NCBI GenBank assembly: GCA_963817895.1
Contig: CAWFQB010000003.1
Location: forward strand, 608,001 to 672,000
Source: an uncultured Chthonomonadaceae bacterium
Lineage (GTDB): Bacteria; Armatimonadota; Chthonomonadetes; Chthonomonadales; Chthonomonadaceae
Reading direction: 5' to 3'
Length of the DNA stretch: 64,000 nt
The notes beneath the pieces were generated by a model, which saw only the letters and a list, made by a program, of their open reading frames with translations, was not told the origin of the DNA and did no database searches. Position 1 is the first letter of the stretch, and each line of letters starts with the position of its first letter. This document shows positions 61,943-64,000 of this stretch, piece after piece. A program made the position numbers and the translations under genes.

Positions 61943-64000
61943 CTACTCCCTATCCTCCTTTTGCGGTATTAATTTCGACAGCGCTTCCAGCAAATCCGTC
62001 TGGTTGATGGGTTTGCCCAGAACGGCGTCCGGCATGGCTTCCGGCACATTGTTTTGCAGCACGGACTCGCCCCAGCCGGTCAGCAGCAGCACGGGCAGAT
62101 CAGGATGCGTCGCGCTTGATTTCCGCCATCAATTGCAGGCCGTTCATACCCGGCATACCGTGATCGGTCGTCACCATTTGGAAATCGGCATCGGGCGCGC
62201 GCAGTTTTTCCAGAGCTTCGTAAGCGCTGTTGACCACGCGTAACGCGGTAGCCGTGCCGCCCCAGAATACTGCTCAACACGCCGGCCACAATCGGCTCAT
62301 CGTCCACCACAAGAATCGGCGTTCCCGGCGCATCGGCGGGCATGATGGGCGCGAAGACGGGACAGGGGCTTCCTTGCGCTCCGCCAGACTGACGGGCAGG
62401 CGAATAAAGAAATGCGTCCCTTGGCCCGGTTCGCTCTCCACATGGATCGTGCCGCCATGCCGCTGAATAATGCCCCACGAGACGGCCAAGCCCAAGCCCC
62501 GTGCCCTCCACGCCCCGCGTTGTGAAGAACGGGTCGAAGATACGGCTCATCACTTCCGGCGTCATGCCCATGCCCGTGTCCGCAACCTCGATTTCCACTT
62601 CCTTTCGGAACAGGCGCGCGTGCAAAGCGTCAGACTGCCGCCGTTCGGCATCGCGTTGAGCGCGTTGTGGATCATGTTCATCAGCACTTCGCGCAGCCCG
62701 CTCGGTTCGCCGACGATAGGCGGCAGGTCGGCCAGTTGCGTATCCACCACATACGAGCGTCCCTCTTTTTGCGCCGCATCGCGCCAGCGGGGGCGCGTCA
62801 TCTGCACCACATCCGTGACGACTTCGTTGATGTCGGTATGGTCGCCATGCGTTGGCAATTCCCTGTTTGGCAAAGCGGTTCAGGCGCTGCACAGTCGAGG
62901 AGGCGTCCAGCGCGGCTTTTTTGATGGTCGCCAGATGCTGCGCCAGAGGTTCCGGCTTTCCAGATCATCTTCGGCAAGTTCCGTATATCCCAGCACAGCC
63001 ATCAGGGCGTTGTTGATGTCGTGCGCCACGCCCTGCGCCAGTTCGCCGACCGCGCGCATCTTCTCCATCTGCACCATCTGCGCCTGCGTCGCGCGAACCG
63101 CAGCCAGCGCGTCTTCGGCGTCCCGGCGGGCCGCGTCCGCCTCCTGGCGCGCGGCTACCAGTTCCGTAACCTCGAACATCAGCAGCAATAGCCCGGAAAG
63201 GCCGTTCTCCCCGTGAACCGGAATCAGCGAAACATCGTAGATAACATCCTGACCCGGCGCGCGGGCGAAAACAACGTGGCTGGCATGAAAGGGAGTCCCC
63301 TCCTGCGCCATTTCAAATACGCGCGGCGGCAATCCCGGCATTAGCTGTGTGCCATGCCTGCCTAAAATCGCCTCGACGGATTGGCCGTAACTGGCGGCAA
63401 TGGCAGCATTAGCGGTAACAGCCACGCCATCCGCGCTGAAATACAGGATGCCGACCGGCGCATTGTCGAAAATAGACTGCAATTGCCGACGCTGAACCGT
63501 GATCTGCTCGTACAAATCGGCTTTTACCAGGCTCACCGCCGCCTGATCCGCAATCGCGGCCAGCAGCGCGACCGAGTCGTCAGAAATTTCGCGGGGTTCG
63601 GTGAAATAAACTTCCACTGCGCCGTAGGTATGGTCATTCTGGCGAATGGGGCAGGAGATCAGAGTGGCGGGCAGTTGTCCGTTGGATAACAGGGGCTGAC
63701 AAATGCCCTCCCCGGCGCAATCGGACGTGACAAAGGTTTTGCGGGCGGCGATGGCTTTATCGGCAGCCGTTTCTGCGCGATTCAGGCAGGAAAGCAGAGG
63801 TGTGGCCGCATCCACGCCGACAATTGAATTTCGAGGTGTTGCAGGGCGCGTTCAGGCCGATGCCGCCGCCTACTTGCAGCTCCTGCGTCCCCGGCGTAAA
63901 CAGCAGAACGGCGGCATGGTGCGTTTCAAAGTATTTGGCGGCTTCCTGAACAATGGTGCGCAGTAGATCGGACCGGGTCAGGGAGCGGTTGACGCGCTGC
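61943..64000 (-). CDS. Hybrid sensor histidine kinase (GAF-PAS-HisKA-HATPase-REC), frameshifted; 5' end outside the window
   Basis: EKMRAVGELAQGVAHDINNAL, DTGMGM, FDPFFTT, GTGLGL, ILVVDDE. Confidence 0.9.

Noticed and set aside
1..64000. Many frameshifted genes (tamB-like, lpxK, lpxL-like, ilvB, ilvN, manA, smpB, kinase and others) as pseudogenes or programmed frameshifts
   Set aside because: Indels hit normally essential genes whose motifs are otherwise intact, often at short homopolymers; sequencing or consensus error is the simplest explanation.

Overview
A 64-kb window of a diderm bacterial chromosome, most likely Armatimonadota (inferred from a DUF1559 prepilin-like gene with the [12 protein letters not shown] motif, PEP-CTERM proteins, a T-box and a Terrabacteria-type envelope cluster). 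Many clearly functional genes carry 1-nt indels, so most frameshifts are treated as probable long-read or consensus errors. (1) 1.9-31 kb: outer-membrane/LPS cluster with tamB-like, ECF sigma, bamA, ompH, lpxD-lpxC-fabZ-lpxA-lpxB, msbA, DUF374, a waaA-lpxK fusion, an lpxL-like acyltransferase, two GT9s, a Kdo hydroxylase, a GT4, a sugar epimerase and a glycoside hydrolase. (2) 31-37 kb: secreted and PEP-CTERM proteins, one with a sigma-54 promoter. (3) 37-46.5 kb: a Leu T-box-controlled ilvB..ilvN-ilvC-leuA region interrupted by unrelated genes, including an orphan CdiI-like immunity gene. (4) manA, then rpsF-ssb-rpsR with an S6:S18-type leader containing a repeat hairpin. (5) 49.5-54.4 kb: an accessory island before tRNA-Glu with a GNAT toxin-antitoxin pair, a cluster of long perfect hairpins under a consensus promoter, a second GNAT, a KH-domain protein and a HEPN-motif protein. 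This island is the best candidate for an undescribed RNA-targeting defence module. (6) CHRD lipoprotein, DUF421, a hydrolase, the DUF1559 gene under an Rrf2-type operator, a metallophosphatase, smpB and a hybrid sensor kinase. A REP/MITE-like palindrome family (7 copies) and many 7-9-nt tandem-repeat hairpins are scattered throughout, some inside genes. No CRISPR array, rRNA, transposase, integrase or reverse transcriptase was seen.
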